Source of the DNA: a bacterium
Lineage (GTDB): Bacteria > Krumholzibacteriota > Krumholzibacteriia > LZORAL124-64-63
Direction: 5' to 3'
Length of the DNA stretch: 64,000 nt
NCBI GenBank assembly: GCA_031441465.1
Contig: JANOEP010000009.1
Location: forward strand, 1 to 64,000
Positions 7,698 to 17,378 of the stretch are shown here, in pieces. A program made the position numbers and the translations under genes. The notes beneath the pieces are model-generated. The model searched no databases and was not told where the DNA came from. It saw nothing but the letters and a program-made list of their open reading frames with translations. Positions within the stretch are counted from its first letter, which is position 1; every line of letters begins with the position of its first letter.

Positions 7698-9212
7698 CTA
7701 TCGGCGGGCTTCGTGCGCACTCACGCTCTTCTTGCTCGTATCGTCGCCGCTGGCGACTTCTTCAGATTCGTCCTCCGGCTCCTTCTGGCTCTCCGGCACT
7801 TCACCGGAGACGCTGATCCCGTATTCCTCAGCCAACGCCTTCTCCCGGGCCAGTTCCGCGAAGACGTCCTCGATGTCCTCGCCCTTCTCGGCCAGGAAGC
7901 CGGTCCTTGTCCCCATCCCGTTCTGGATCGAGATCACCGCAGCCCTGGCTTCCTTCTCGGGGTCGATCCATTGCCACCCGCGCGGGCGATGCCGGACGGC
8001 CATGTAGCGGGAGGGATCGCGGGAGGCGAGCTTCAAGGTCCCGGTCAGCATCGCCATGCCGAGCCAGGCCGAGTACAGCGGCCGGCGCCACATGTCGATG
8101 AAGTCCTGCTGGATGGACCGCCAGTCGTCGCGCTCAACCAGCGCGAAGCTCCGCATGGTGGAGTAGCTGACGCCCTCAGCGTCGTTGGCCAGCACGTTGT
8201 AGAAGACGCTGAACCCCGAGGCGATCTTCCGCAGCATCTGCTTGATGAACGCAGGGAACTGCGCCGTAGGATGGTCGGGCTCCCAGGCCTTGAACTCGTA
8301 GCCGTCAGGGACGATCTCGAAGGTGCCGGGGTTGGCCTCCATCGTCGCCGGCCTGGGGTCGCTCGAAAGATCCCCGGCCAACGAGTCGGCCCGCTTCTCG
8401 AACAGCCCCATCTTCGAGGCACCGATCCTGGCTGCGACAGCTTCGCTCTCCTCGTAGGCGTTGAGCATGTGCGCCGGGACCATGACCGCGTGGACCCAGG
8501 TTACCCCGCGGGTCTGGTTTACGCGCTCGGGGTCATACAAGTGGAGCATCTCGGTCGCGGGGACAAAGTAGCGCTCCCGCACCAGGTCGGTGCCCGGCGC
8601 ATTCCAGATCCAATAGCCGACCGCGCGCCCGATGGCGTCAATTTCGACGCCCATGCGGATCTCGTTCTGGGTACCGCGGCGGGGCCGACTGAACGTCTCA
8701 TCGATCAGGTCGGCGTCGATCGCCTGCAGGGCCAGACCATGGGGATTGCCCTCGAATCCCCGCCACAGGCGGACGAAGGCCTCGCCGTCACAGGCCACGG
8801 TCTTGAGGATCAGCTTCTCGAAGCGTCGCAGGGTGAGCTTGCCGTCGACCGTGACCGGAGCGCTGGCCCAGGCGTTCCAGGCGGCGTCGATGGCGGTGTT
8901 GGCCTTCGTGTCCGGCTGGTCCCCGGCCCAGACCTGGGCCTGGAGCTTGATCCCCATCGGGCCGATGACGTTGTTCACCAGCAGCCGGAAGTAGCGTTTG
9001 ACGTAGCTGTTGTTGCGGCCGAGCTCACGGGCCCGGGCGCGCAGGAGCCGCAGATCGCCGCGGATCTCGTCGTCCGCGGACCGAGCCTGCGCGATCCAGT
9101 CCAGCAGCAGCCGGTGGACGCCCGCCCCATCGAAGGCGCCGCGCTGGCCACGGATTTCTCGCCAGGCAAGCTGGAACGCGCGGCTGACGCGTTGGTGGAG
9201 CGACCGCTTCAT
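7698..9212 (-). CDS. Phage portal protein, lambda family
   Basis: LRARARELGRNN, DGEAF, GVEID..GR.V.YW, QTRGV, YSTMR, WIDPEKE; ATGA overlap with upstream gene. Confidence 0.92.
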   Translation of the reverse strand: MKRSLHQRVSRAFQLAWREIRGQRGAFDGAGVHRLLLDWIAQARSADDEIRGDLRLLRARARELGRNNSYVKRYFRLLVNNVIGPMGIKLQAQVWAGDQPDTKANTAIDAAWNAWASAPVTVDGKLTLRRFEKLILKTVACDGEAFVRLWRGFEGNPHGLALQAIDADLIDETFSRPRRGTQNEIRMGVEIDAIGRAVGYWIWNAPGTDLVRERYFVPATEMLHLYDPERVNQTRGVTWVHAVMVPAHMLNAYEESEAVAARIGASKMGLFEKRADSLAGDLSSDPRPATMEANPGTFEIVPDGYEFKAWEPDHPTAQFPAFIKQMLRKIASGFSVFYNVLANDAEGVSYSTMRSFALVERDDWRSIQQDFIDMWRRPLYSAWLGMAMLTGTLKLASRDPSRYMAVRHRPRGWQWIDPEKEARAAVISIQNGMGTRTGFLAEKGEDIEDVFAELAREKALAEEYGISVSGEVPESQKEPEDESEEVASGDDTSKKSVSAHEARR

Positions 9213-9766
9213 CGCTCGAACCCCGGGCCGGTGAACGACACGAGGACCGGCCGGGTGACGAAACCGGGGTTCTTGAGACTGGCCAGGCGGGATTCGAAGC
9301 TGGTCAGTAGGCTGACCGCCTCCTTGACCGGCATCTTCGCGACCACCCGACCGGCAATTTGATAGCTCTCCATGCCCGCCGGCAAGCGGCCCTCGATGTG
9401 GGCCCGCAGCGCCGTGACCGCCCGCTCGATCCACTCCTGTTCGGTGCCTTCGGTGGCCTCGGCCAGGTTCGGCAGCACGGTGACCGTCCCGGTGGCGATC
9501 TCGTAGACCTCACCGCCGACGCCAGAGACGCGCTCGACCCACTTGTAGAGCCCGGGGACGAACCCATCGGCCGTATCAGTGGCCGCGATGGTGACTACAA
9601 AGTCGTCTCCGTCCGCGGCGGCAGTCTTGGCCAGAACGCTCGCGCCGGCCAGATAGACCTGGAGCGTCCACCCTTCTGATGCCGGATAGTCGGCAAGCCG
9701 CCTGCGGTAGCAGACAGTCGTGCCGGCGGCGAACTGATCGGGCAGGTGCGTGAGTTCTTGTGCCAT
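9209..9766 (-). CDS. Head completion / head-tail adaptor (gpW-like C-terminus)
   Basis: Directly upstream of portal; ESYQIAGR motif typical of gpW-like proteins. Confidence 0.65.
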   Translation of the reverse strand: MAQELTHLPDQFAAGTTVCYRRRLADYPASEGWTLQVYLAGASVLAKTAAADGDDFVVTIAATDTADGFVPGLYKWVERVSGVGGEVYEIATGTVTVLPNLAEATEGTEQEWIERAVTALRAHIEGRLPAGMESYQIAGRVVAKMPVKEAVSLLTSFESRLASLKNPGFVTRPVLVSFTGPGFER

Positions 9767-9797
9767 GCTCTGACGGTGCCACCCGCCGCATGACCCG

Positions 9798-9824
9798 ACC
9801 AATCTAAATGACATTTAGATTGGT
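9798..9824. promoter_or_regulatory. Perfect 13-bp inverted repeat in divergent structural-gene promoter (candidate activator/operator site)
   Basis: ACCAATCTAAATG-A-CATTTAGATTGGT; AT-rich; centre 9811 is 45 nt from ATG 9766(-) and 46 nt from ATG 9857(+). Confidence 0.7.
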
Positions 9825-9856
9825 TGGGCTTTCGCGAATGCATCACTACTGGGTGC

Positions 9857-11836
9857 ATGAGCACACCGACTACCATCAAGACGCGCACGGTTAAGGTGCC
9901 GCGGATCCAATACCGGGACTTCGAGGTCGAAGTCGAAGCTCGCGCTGAAGGCGAGGACGGCCAGATCCGCCTCTACCCCGTCTCGTTCTCCAGCGAGGTA
10001 CCAGTTCGCCGCTTCTCCTGGGACACCTTTGAGGAGTACGACGAGGTCCTTTCCCACGTGACCGGCGACGTGGACCTCACCAGAGCCAAGAACGGCCTGC
10101 CCCTGATCAAGTCCCACCAGCGGCTCCTGCACTTCGGCTCGGTGAACGACATCGAGCTCGACGAGAAACGCGGGCGTCTCCGTGGACAGGCGAGCTTCTC
10201 GTCGATCCCCCTGGGCCAGGAGCAGGAAACGATGCTCCGCGAGGGGCACATCAAGACCGTGTCGGTCGGCTACCAGATCCTGTCGATGGAGATGGTGGCC
10301 AAGGACAAGAAGTCCGGGGTCGCCACCTACCGCTGCCGCTGGATGCCCTACGAGGTCTCCACCGAACCCATCCCCGCTGACCACAAGGTCGGTTTCGGGC
10401 GCACGCGCGCCGCGGCCGACCTCGACCTGGTCGAGTTCATGATCGAAGAGCCCGCCACCGAAGGAGAACGAACCATGAGTGTCGAAGCAGGAACCCCGCC
10501 CACCGCGGTCACCACGCCCGCGCCGGGCACCGAGACCCAGGTCGGGTCGGCGGCGGCTGCGCCGGCACCCACCACCATCCAGGCCCGCGACCGCGGCGCC
10601 GAGGCGGCCGAGATCATGGACATGGCCCAGGCTCACGGCGTGACCGACAAGGCGTCCGGCTGGATCCGGCAGGGCCTGAGCCCCGATCAGGTCTCGCGCG
10701 AGATCCTCAATGCCGTCCGCACGCACGGTTCGGGTCAGCCCTCGGCCGAATCCCTGACGGCGATGCCGACCCGCGACAAGAAGCGCTACTCCATCCACCG
10801 CGCCATCCGCATGCAGGCCGAGCTGATGGACGGCAAGCGCGCCCGGTACGACGGGATCGAAGCCGAGGTCCACGAGGAACTCACCAAGCACCGCACCGGC
10901 GCCGACCACGGCGGCGTGCTCGTCCCGTGGCGTCTGCACGACGAAGACCAGCAGCGTGTGCTGGGCACGGCCCAGCCCACCGGCGGGGCCACGCTCGTGG
11001 GCCAGCAGGTCATGCCCGACATGATCGACCTGCTGCGCAACCGCGCATTGGTGCTGGTCGCTGGCGCCAAGCTCTATCCGGGTCTGCAGGGGGTGGTCTA
11101 CTTCAACAAGAAGACCGGCGCTCCAAGTGTGACCTGGATGGAGGAGAACCCGCCGAGTGACGCCCCGCAGTCCGAGCCGGCCTTCGGCTACGTATCGCTC
11201 TCACCCAAGACGCTGATCGGCCAGGTGCAGATCCCGCGGCAGCTGCTGGTGATGTCCTCGATCGACGTCGAGGCGGACATCAGGAGCGACCTCGCGATCG
11301 GCCACGGCCTGGCGCTCGACTTCGGGGCGCTCCACGGCAAGGGCACCGACAAGCAGCCCGTCGGCATCTACGGCGCCGCCGACGTGCAGTCCCACCCCGT
11401 TGGCGGCGTGCCCGACCTCGCGGACATCACCACGATGCCCGCCCTGGTCGCGGACAAGAACGCTGACCTGGGAGCGCTGTCCTGGATGGCCACGCCGCTG
11501 ATGGCCGGGGTGCTCAAGCGTACGCCGCTGGTCAGCGGGTACCCTGTGTTCCTGTGGGCCGGCACCTACCGCGAGGGCGAGCTCGGCGGCTACCCCGCCC
11601 GCACCACGAACCAGATCTCCAAGACGCTGGGTGCCGGCAGCAACGAGCACGGCCTGATCTTCGGCAACTGGAACGACCTCCTGGTCGGCATGTGGGGCAA
11701 CGATCTGGAGATCGTGGTCGACGTGGTGACCAAGGCCGCGCGTGGCCAGATCCTGATCACCAGCTACTCGATGGGCGACATCGCGGTCCGCCGCGGCGAG
11801 TCGTTCGTCAAGGGAACCGGCGCGACGCTGTCGTAG
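9857..11836 (+). CDS. Prohead protease - major capsid protein fusion (HK97 fold)
   Basis: N-terminal protease motifs (FSSE.PV, VSVGY, W.PYEVS..PIPAD); C-terminal capsid motifs (GGATLV, W..E, LSPKTL, G.G...QP.GI, IFGNW). Confidence 0.92.
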   Translation: MSTPTTIKTRTVKVPRIQYRDFEVEVEARAEGEDGQIRLYPVSFSSEVPVRRFSWDTFEEYDEVLSHVTGDVDLTRAKNGLPLIKSHQRLLHFGSVNDIELDEKRGRLRGQASFSSIPLGQEQETMLREGHIKTVSVGYQILSMEMVAKDKKSGVATYRCRWMPYEVSTEPIPADHKVGFGRTRAAADLDLVEFMIEEPATEGERTMSVEAGTPPTAVTTPAPGTETQVGSAAAAPAPTTIQARDRGAEAAEIMDMAQAHGVTDKASGWIRQGLSPDQVSREILNAVRTHGSGQPSAESLTAMPTRDKKRYSIHRAIRMQAELMDGKRARYDGIEAEVHEELTKHRTGADHGGVLVPWRLHDEDQQRVLGTAQPTGGATLVGQQVMPDMIDLLRNRALVLVAGAKLYPGLQGVVYFNKKTGAPSVTWMEENPPSDAPQSEPAFGYVSLSPKTLIGQVQIPRQLLVMSSIDVEADIRSDLAIGHGLALDFGALHGKGTDKQPVGIYGAADVQSHPVGGVPDLADITTMPALVADKNADLGALSWMATPLMAGVLKRTPLVSGYPVFLWAGTYREGELGGYPARTTNQISKTLGAGSNEHGLIFGNWNDLLVGMWGNDLEIVVDVVTKAARGQILITSYSMGDIAVRRGESFVKGTGATLS

Positions 11837-11861
11837 CAAACGGCGCAGAGGGATGGATCGC

Positions 11862-12167
11862 ATGACGGAGCAGGGCAAGCTCACGATCGAGGTCACGACG
11901 GGTCACTGCCTGGGTGGCGAAGGCAACGACGTCTTCCCGGGTCAGGTCCTGGTGGCTCCGATCGATCTGTCGATCGCCGACGCCCGCAAGAAGGTCCGGA
12001 TGGGCTATGCCCGCGTCATCCCCTCGCAGCCCGAGGTGGGTCCGGAGGCGCCCGAGGCCTCCGGACCTGCTGTCCTGATCAACCCGGACCCGGCGCCTGA
12101 AAGCCGGGACCCCGCCACCCTTACGCCCCAAAAACACAGAGGCCGGCAGCAAACCGGCGGGAGGTAA
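11862..12167 (+). CDS. Hypothetical phage protein after capsid
   Basis: Operon position and phage-like codon use; start 11853 or 11862. Confidence 0.6.
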   Translation: MTEQGKLTIEVTTGHCLGGEGNDVFPGQVLVAPIDLSIADARKKVRMGYARVIPSQPEVGPEAPEASGPAVLINPDPAPESRDPATLTPQKHRGRQQTGGR

Positions 12168-12171
12168 CCGC

Positions 12172-12561
12172 ATGACCCACCTTCTCAATGCCCTAGCCCA
12201 GACCGTGGGCGCGGTGCTGGCCGCAGCGGCCCGCCGCACCTCGACGCTGACCGGCACTGGGATCGACGTGCTGGACTACGAGGGCGTGGCCCTGGTGCTG
12301 TTGAACACCTCGGCCGGCACCGGAACCACTCCGACCCTCGACGTGAAGCTCCAGCATTCGGACGACAACTCCACCTTCGCCGACGTGACCAGCGGGGCCT
12401 TCACGCAGGTCACCAGCGTGGCCGAGACCGCCGGCGTCAAGGTGATGAAGGTGAACGTCTCGGACCTCAAGCGCTACCTGCGCGTGGTCGGGACGATCGC
12501 CGGCACCACGCCGTCGTTCGACTTCGGCGTGGAGTTCGTGGGGATCAAGAAGGTGAGCTGA
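12172..12561 (+). CDS. Putative head decoration / capsid-associated protein
   Basis: Small beta-rich protein (VKLQHSDDNSTFADV, KRYLRV) in the position after the capsid gene; SD GGAGG. Confidence 0.6.
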   Translation: MTHLLNALAQTVGAVLAAAARRTSTLTGTGIDVLDYEGVALVLLNTSAGTGTTPTLDVKLQHSDDNSTFADVTSGAFTQVTSVAETAGVKVMKVNVSDLKRYLRVVGTIAGTTPSFDFGVEFVGIKKVS

Positions 12562-12564
12562 ACG

Positions 12565-12870
12565 ATGTTCCTCGGCGAATCCGACATCACTGCGATCCTG
12601 GCCGACCTGGCCGCCGCCGGTGGCGGCGTCGAGGTCACGCTTGGCGACGTCACCGTCCTCGGGCTGCTCGACCGCGAGGCCGTCGAGATCCTCGGCGACC
12701 AGATGCCGGGCGTCATCGCAGCTGAAGAGATGGTCCACGTCCAGGTCGGGGTGCTGCCCGGCCTCCAGTCCGGAGCCGCGATCACAGTCGGCGGGACCGC
12801 CTACACCGTCCTGAAGGTCCTGCCCTACGGAGACGGGGCCATGGTCCGCGTCGCGTTGAGGAAGCCATGA
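12565..12870 (+). CDS. Head-tail joining protein (gpFII-like)
   Basis: About 100-aa beta protein ending GTAYTV...DG..VRVAL; synteny. Confidence 0.6.
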   Translation: MFLGESDITAILADLAAAGGGVEVTLGDVTVLGLLDREAVEILGDQMPGVIAAEEMVHVQVGVLPGLQSGAAITVGGTAYTVLKVLPYGDGAMVRVALRKP

Positions 12871-13337
12871 GCACGATCCGCGAGCAGATCGTTGCGGCCG
12901 CCGTCCTGGCTTTGGCCACGGACGCCCCCGTAGGCATCCCGACTCCGGTGCGGACGCGCCTGGACTCGCCTAGCGCGGACCAACTGCCCGCGCTGACGGT
13001 CTACCAGGGCGCCGAGACGGTCGAGACGATGCGAGATGCCAAGACCGGCACGGCCAGCCGCGGCCCCATCGTGCGGCGGTCGGTGCTGCTGAGTGTCGAG
13101 GTCCTGACCAGGGCCGGAACGTCTGAGGAGCCCGACAAGGCGGCCGATCCGATCCTGGCCTGGGCCACGTCGGCGTTGGCCGCTGCCGGCGCATTCGGCG
13201 GCCTAGCCAACGGCCCCGCCGACGAAATCGGCACGAAGTTCGAGTACGAGCAGTCCGAGACGTCGTTCTGCCGCGCCACGCAGACGTTCCGAATCGAATA
13301 CCAGACCCGCACGGGTGACGCGGAAAGCCTGACCTGA
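12867..13337 (+). CDS. Tail terminator-like protein (gpU-like)
   Basis: STIREQI, LPALTVY, final IEYQT; immediately before tail tube gene. Confidence 0.6.
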   Translation: MSTIREQIVAAAVLALATDAPVGIPTPVRTRLDSPSADQLPALTVYQGAETVETMRDAKTGTASRGPIVRRSVLLSVEVLTRAGTSEEPDKAADPILAWATSALAAAGAFGGLANGPADEIGTKFEYEQSETSFCRATQTFRIEYQTRTGDAESLT

Positions 13338-13350
13338 CAGGGAGGAAACC

Positions 13351-14118
13351 ATGTCCGAGGTCGTCAACGGCAACAACATCCTGCTCGGCAGGGGCAAGAT
13401 CTACTTCGACCGGTTCGACACGAACGGTGCGCGCACCGGCGAGCTGTTCCTGGGCAACTGCCCGACGTTCGAGATCACGCCCACCAGCGAGGACATCAAG
13501 AAGTACTCGAGCGCCGACCGGTCGGCCGACCTGATCGCCTCGGACGTCCTGCGCACGACGCTCGCGATCCGCATCGTTGGGGATGAGTTCTCCAAGGAGA
13601 ACCTCGCCATGGCCCTGTTCGGCGACACGGCGACGCTGTCGCAGACAGGGGCGGCGGTCACGAACGAGGCCATCGCGGACGTGCTGCAGGGCCGGTACTA
13701 CCCGCTGTCGAAGCGCCAGGTGAGCCTGGTCTCCGTGTCCGGCACGGGCGGAACGCCGACCTACGTGCTGAACACCGACTACAAGGTCGATGCCGTGACC
13801 GGCCGCATCTACATCGTCGAGGGCGGCGATATCACTGACGGCTCGGACATCGAGGTCGACTTCACCTTCGGAACGATCGCCCTGCCGACCATCCGGGGCA
13901 TGAACCAGACCTCGGTCAAGGGGTACCTGCGGTTCATCGGCGACCCGGCCCGCGGCCCCAAGTACGAGTGCGAGATCTGGCGGGCGTCACTGCGCGCGGA
14001 CGGGGCGATCGGCTTCATCTCGGACGAGTACGCGAGCTTCACCATGGCGGGTGACATCGAGTCTGACGCCGCGAGCCACCCGAACGAGCCGCACTACCGG
14101 CTGATCAGGATCGCGTGA
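13351..14118 (+). CDS. Major tail tube protein
   Basis: LGRGKIYF, LGNCPTF, ENLAMAL motifs; strong SD; precedes chaperone and tape measure genes. Confidence 0.75.
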   Translation: MSEVVNGNNILLGRGKIYFDRFDTNGARTGELFLGNCPTFEITPTSEDIKKYSSADRSADLIASDVLRTTLAIRIVGDEFSKENLAMALFGDTATLSQTGAAVTNEAIADVLQGRYYPLSKRQVSLVSVSGTGGTPTYVLNTDYKVDAVTGRIYIVEGGDITDGSDIEVDFTFGTIALPTIRGMNQTSVKGYLRFIGDPARGPKYECEIWRASLRADGAIGFISDEYASFTMAGDIESDAASHPNEPHYRLIRIA

Positions 14119-14687
14119 TGACCGAGAAGCACACGATTGGCGGCCGCACGTTCCTGCCGCTGCGCGAGTCCACCGTCGAGCAGGACTTCCGGTTCCTGGC
14201 CCTGATCAAACGGGCCCAGATCGACGAGGTGGTCCTGCAGCCGGGCGAGAGCGCCGAGGCGTTTGCCCGGCGGCTGCTCGAAGCGACCATTGAGAGCGGC
14301 GTGATTCTGGACCTCCTCGGGTGTCTCCTGGTCCCGGAGGACATCGCACCCCGGGACCGGGACCCCGGGGAGGTCTGGACCTCTGAGGTGGGACGCGAGA
14401 CAGCCCGGTTCCTCGGGCAGCTGCGGGACCCCAAGGACAAGGCGGAGGTGCGCGGCCTGGTCCTGTCGCTGCTGGTCTCTTTTTTCGAGAGCGGGATCGT
14501 CTCTTTGTCGACTTCGAGGACATCCTCCGTCGAGGCGATCCCGAACCCCGAGAACAGCCAGGCGCACCCGGACGGTATGGCCCCTGGACCGAGCTTGTCC
14601 GGGAGCTCGCCGCAGGCGACCACGACCGGGCCGAGCGAATCGTCTACTGGCCGCTTCGCGTCGCCCTCGCATCCTACCGTCGGCTGA
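14115..14687 (+). CDS. Tail assembly chaperone gpG
   Basis: Between tail tube and tape measure genes; contains slippery heptamer T TTT TTC at 14480-14486. Confidence 0.75.
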   Translation: MMTEKHTIGGRTFLPLRESTVEQDFRFLALIKRAQIDEVVLQPGESAEAFARRLLEATIESGVILDLLGCLLVPEDIAPRDRDPGEVWTSEVGRETARFLGQLRDPKDKAEVRGLVLSLLVSFFESGIVSLSTSRTSSVEAIPNPENSQAHPDGMAPGPSLSGSSPQATTTGPSESSTGRFASPSHPTVG

Positions 14688-14830
14688 TGAGAGAGCAGGC
14701 GCTGGCAGACTTCCGTCATCGGTACCTCTGCTGGTGCGTCCTGGCCCCTCACAGTGCAAAGGGATCGCGGCCACGCCCCCCGGCGTTGCCGGATATCCTG
14801 AGAGGAAGGCCGTCTGATGGCCACTCCTGA
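14480..14830 (+). CDS. gpT segment of tail chaperone gpGT, made by programmed -1 frameshift
   Basis: The -1 frame is open from the slippery site to TGA 14828-14830 (FRERDRLF...WTELVRELAAGDHDRAERIVYWPLRVAL...), overlapping the tape measure start. Confidence 0.75.
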   Translation, partial: FFRERDRLFVDFEDILRRGDPEPREQPGAPGRYGPWTELVRELAAGDHDRAERIVYWPLRVALASYRRLMREQALADFRHRYLCWCVLAPHSAKGSRPRPPALPDILRGRPSDGHS

Positions 14831-17375
14831 TGTTCGGGTCAGGCTGTCGGCCGAGGGCGTTGCCGAGGTCGTTGCCGCCCTCAAGAAGGTCCAGGCCGAA
14901 GCCGAGAACGCCTCGGCCAAGCAGTCGCGCGGCTTCCTGGGCCTGAACCGCGTTCTGGGGTCGACCTCTGCGCTGCTTGGGGGCCTTGGGGTGGCGCTTG
15001 GGGTCGGCCAGTTCCGGCAGTGGATCCAGTCCTCAGTGAACGCGGCCGACCAGATCGATGAACTTGGCCAGAAGGTCGGCGCCTCGACTGAGAACCTGTC
15101 CGCGCTGCACATGCTCGCCCGCACTTCCGCCTCGAGCCTGGAGGAGATGGGCGCCGCCCTGGCCAAGCAGAACAAGTTCATCGGCGAGGCGGCCGCGGGG
15201 AACGCCAAGGCCACCGCCACGCTGCGTGACCTCGGACTCACCCTGGCCGACTTCAAGGGCAAGGACGCGGTCCAGATCTTCGAGTTGTTCGCCCAGCGGA
15301 TCACCGCGCTACCGTCGCCGATCCAGAAGACCAAGACGGCGATGGACGTCTTCGGACGGACCGGCGCGAACCTCGTGCCCACGATGACCGCCCTGGCCGA
15401 CGAAGGGCTCGGTGCGGTCATCGAGCGCGCCCGTGAGCTGGGCGTTCTGATCGACAGCAATCTGGCGCAGTCCGCCGCGCAGATGAACGACGACTTCGAG
15501 CTCTTGAAGGCCCAGAGCGAAGGCCTCGGTGCCCGGCTCGCCGCCGGCTTGGTCCCCCAGATGTCGCAGGCCCTGCAGATCATGAGCGGGGACCTCAAGC
15601 AGACGACCGAAGCCTGGGAACGCTTCGGCCAGGGCATCGGCCTGGTCGTGAAGTTCATTGTCGCGGTGGTGTCGTCCGCCTTTGACATTGTGGGCAGCGC
15701 CCTGGCAATGATCATGATGCGGATCGATGCCGGCGTGCGCGCGGCCTGGGCGCTCTTGCACGGCAATCTGGATGAGGCCAAGACGTTCCTCAGGGCCGCC
15801 CAGGTAGCGATCAGCGCAGAACGAAGCGCCCTAGAGGACCGCCTCAAGGCGCGGTTCGAACTGACGGTTTCCAAACCGCCCGCACCAACCGCGCGGCCGC
15901 AGGCTCCCGCGGGCGACATCGCCGAGGACCCCGCGGTCCTCGAAGCCCGGCGCGTTCAGGCGTTGCAGGCCACCCTCGACCGCGAACTAGCGCTCGTGCG
16001 CGCGGCAGCCAGCCTGCGCACCGCAGCCGAGAAGCGGGCGTTCGAGGAGGGCCTCAAGGATGTCCAGACCTACTACGCCGAGCGTCGCCGGATCGCCGAA
16101 GAGGAGCAGGCCAAAGAGATCGAAGTCCTCGAGCAGAAGCGCGCGCTGCTGGCCAGCGAGCCCGATCCCAGCCGCCGGACCGATGAGCAGGGGAAGCTCG
16201 ACGCCGAACTGGCCAAGGCCCGCCTCGAGTACGAAGGCCAGACGGCCACCCTCCTGGCCGAGGAGCGTGAGGCGGTCCAGAAGCTCGCCCAAGAGCGGCT
16301 CGCTCTGGAGAAGACTCTGCTCGAAGCCCAAGGCCGCCGGCACGAGGCAGCACTCCTGGGCATCGACGAGGAGATCCGCCGGGCCGATCTGCTGCTCAAG
16401 AAGCAGGGTGCGTCCGATGCGGAGCGCGAGGCGACGCTCGCCCGGATGCGCCGATCGATGGAATCGGGCGCCAACTTTGACGATACCAAGCGCCAGGCCG
16501 AGGCCGCCCTGGCTGACCTGGACGCCACCCGATCCGAGATCGAGGCCCGCGTCTCGGCGGGCCTGCTGTCTCAGGTCGAGGGCGAGCAACAGATCCTCGC
16601 GATCGAATCCGAGCGCCTGATCGCCCTGCAGAATCTGGCCACAGCACTGGAGCAGGCCGCCTGGGCCACCGGCGACCCCGAGCGGATCGCCCAGGCCCAG
16701 GGTTTCACTGCGGCCGTCCGCGACCTCGGGTATGCCGTCGACGGCGCCCGCGTCTCGTTCGCCGCCTTCGGCAAGACGGCCCTCGATAGCGGTCGCGACG
16801 CCCTGACCGAGTTCTTCGATACCGGCATCACCGGCGCGAAGTCTCTGGGCGACGCGTTCCGGGACCTGGCCCTTTCCATCATCGCCGACCTCAAGCGTAT
16901 GGCCGCCCAGCTTCTGGCCACCGCCATCATGAAGAAGATCGCCGGGGTGTTCAGCGATGGCGGCCAGGTCGGTGGCGCCGAGAAGAAGGCCACCGGCGGT
17001 GTCCTGGGCGGGATCGGCACGGGCACGTCGGACTCCAACCTCGCGTGGTTCTCTCGGGGCGAGTACCTCGTGCGCGCCGCGGTAGTCCGCGAGCCCGGTG
17101 TCTTGCGCCACCTCGAAGAGCTGAACCGGCGCGGGGCCCAAGCGTTAGTCCAAACCCCGGTCCTGATCGAAGCCGCTGTGCCCAGGTTCGCCGAGGGCGG
17201 TTTGGTCGATGCGCCCGCCCCCACCGACCCGCAGGCGTCCAAGGACAGCCAGCTGCTGATCGGCCTGGAGGAAGGTCTCATCTTGCGCCACCTCGAAAGC
17301 CCCGCCGGCCAGCGCATCCTTGTGAAAGCCATGGCCAAGAATCGCCGGGCGGTCCGCTCGGCCCTGGGAACGTAA
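14817..17375 (+). CDS. Tail tape measure protein
   Basis: 852 aa, Ala/Leu/Glu-rich helical; C-terminal ATGG...GTGTSDS...GEYLV and FAEGG motifs. Confidence 0.9.
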   Translation: MATPDVRVRLSAEGVAEVVAALKKVQAEAENASAKQSRGFLGLNRVLGSTSALLGGLGVALGVGQFRQWIQSSVNAADQIDELGQKVGASTENLSALHMLARTSASSLEEMGAALAKQNKFIGEAAAGNAKATATLRDLGLTLADFKGKDAVQIFELFAQRITALPSPIQKTKTAMDVFGRTGANLVPTMTALADEGLGAVIERARELGVLIDSNLAQSAAQMNDDFELLKAQSEGLGARLAAGLVPQMSQALQIMSGDLKQTTEAWERFGQGIGLVVKFIVAVVSSAFDIVGSALAMIMMRIDAGVRAAWALLHGNLDEAKTFLRAAQVAISAERSALEDRLKARFELTVSKPPAPTARPQAPAGDIAEDPAVLEARRVQALQATLDRELALVRAAASLRTAAEKRAFEEGLKDVQTYYAERRRIAEEEQAKEIEVLEQKRALLASEPDPSRRTDEQGKLDAELAKARLEYEGQTATLLAEEREAVQKLAQERLALEKTLLEAQGRRHEAALLGIDEEIRRADLLLKKQGASDAEREATLARMRRSMESGANFDDTKRQAEAALADLDATRSEIEARVSAGLLSQVEGEQQILAIESERLIALQNLATALEQAAWATGDPERIAQAQGFTAAVRDLGYAVDGARVSFAAFGKTALDSGRDALTEFFDTGITGAKSLGDAFRDLALSIIADLKRMAAQLLATAIMKKIAGVFSDGGQVGGAEKKATGGVLGGIGTGTSDSNLAWFSRGEYLVRAAVVREPGVLRHLEELNRRGAQALVQTPVLIEAAVPRFAEGGLVDAPAPTDPQASKDSQLLIGLEEGLILRHLESPAGQRILVKAMAKNRRAVRSALGT

Positions 17376-17378
17376 GCC

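Noticed and set aside
7626..9362. 578-aa + strand ORF opposite the portal gene
   Set aside because: Antisense shadow of a high-GC gene; no motifs, while the minus strand is a clear portal.
9798..9824. Palindrome as protelomerase (telRL) or invertase site
   Set aside because: No protelomerase or invertase gene and no second copy in the window; symmetric spacing to two starts favours a regulatory site.
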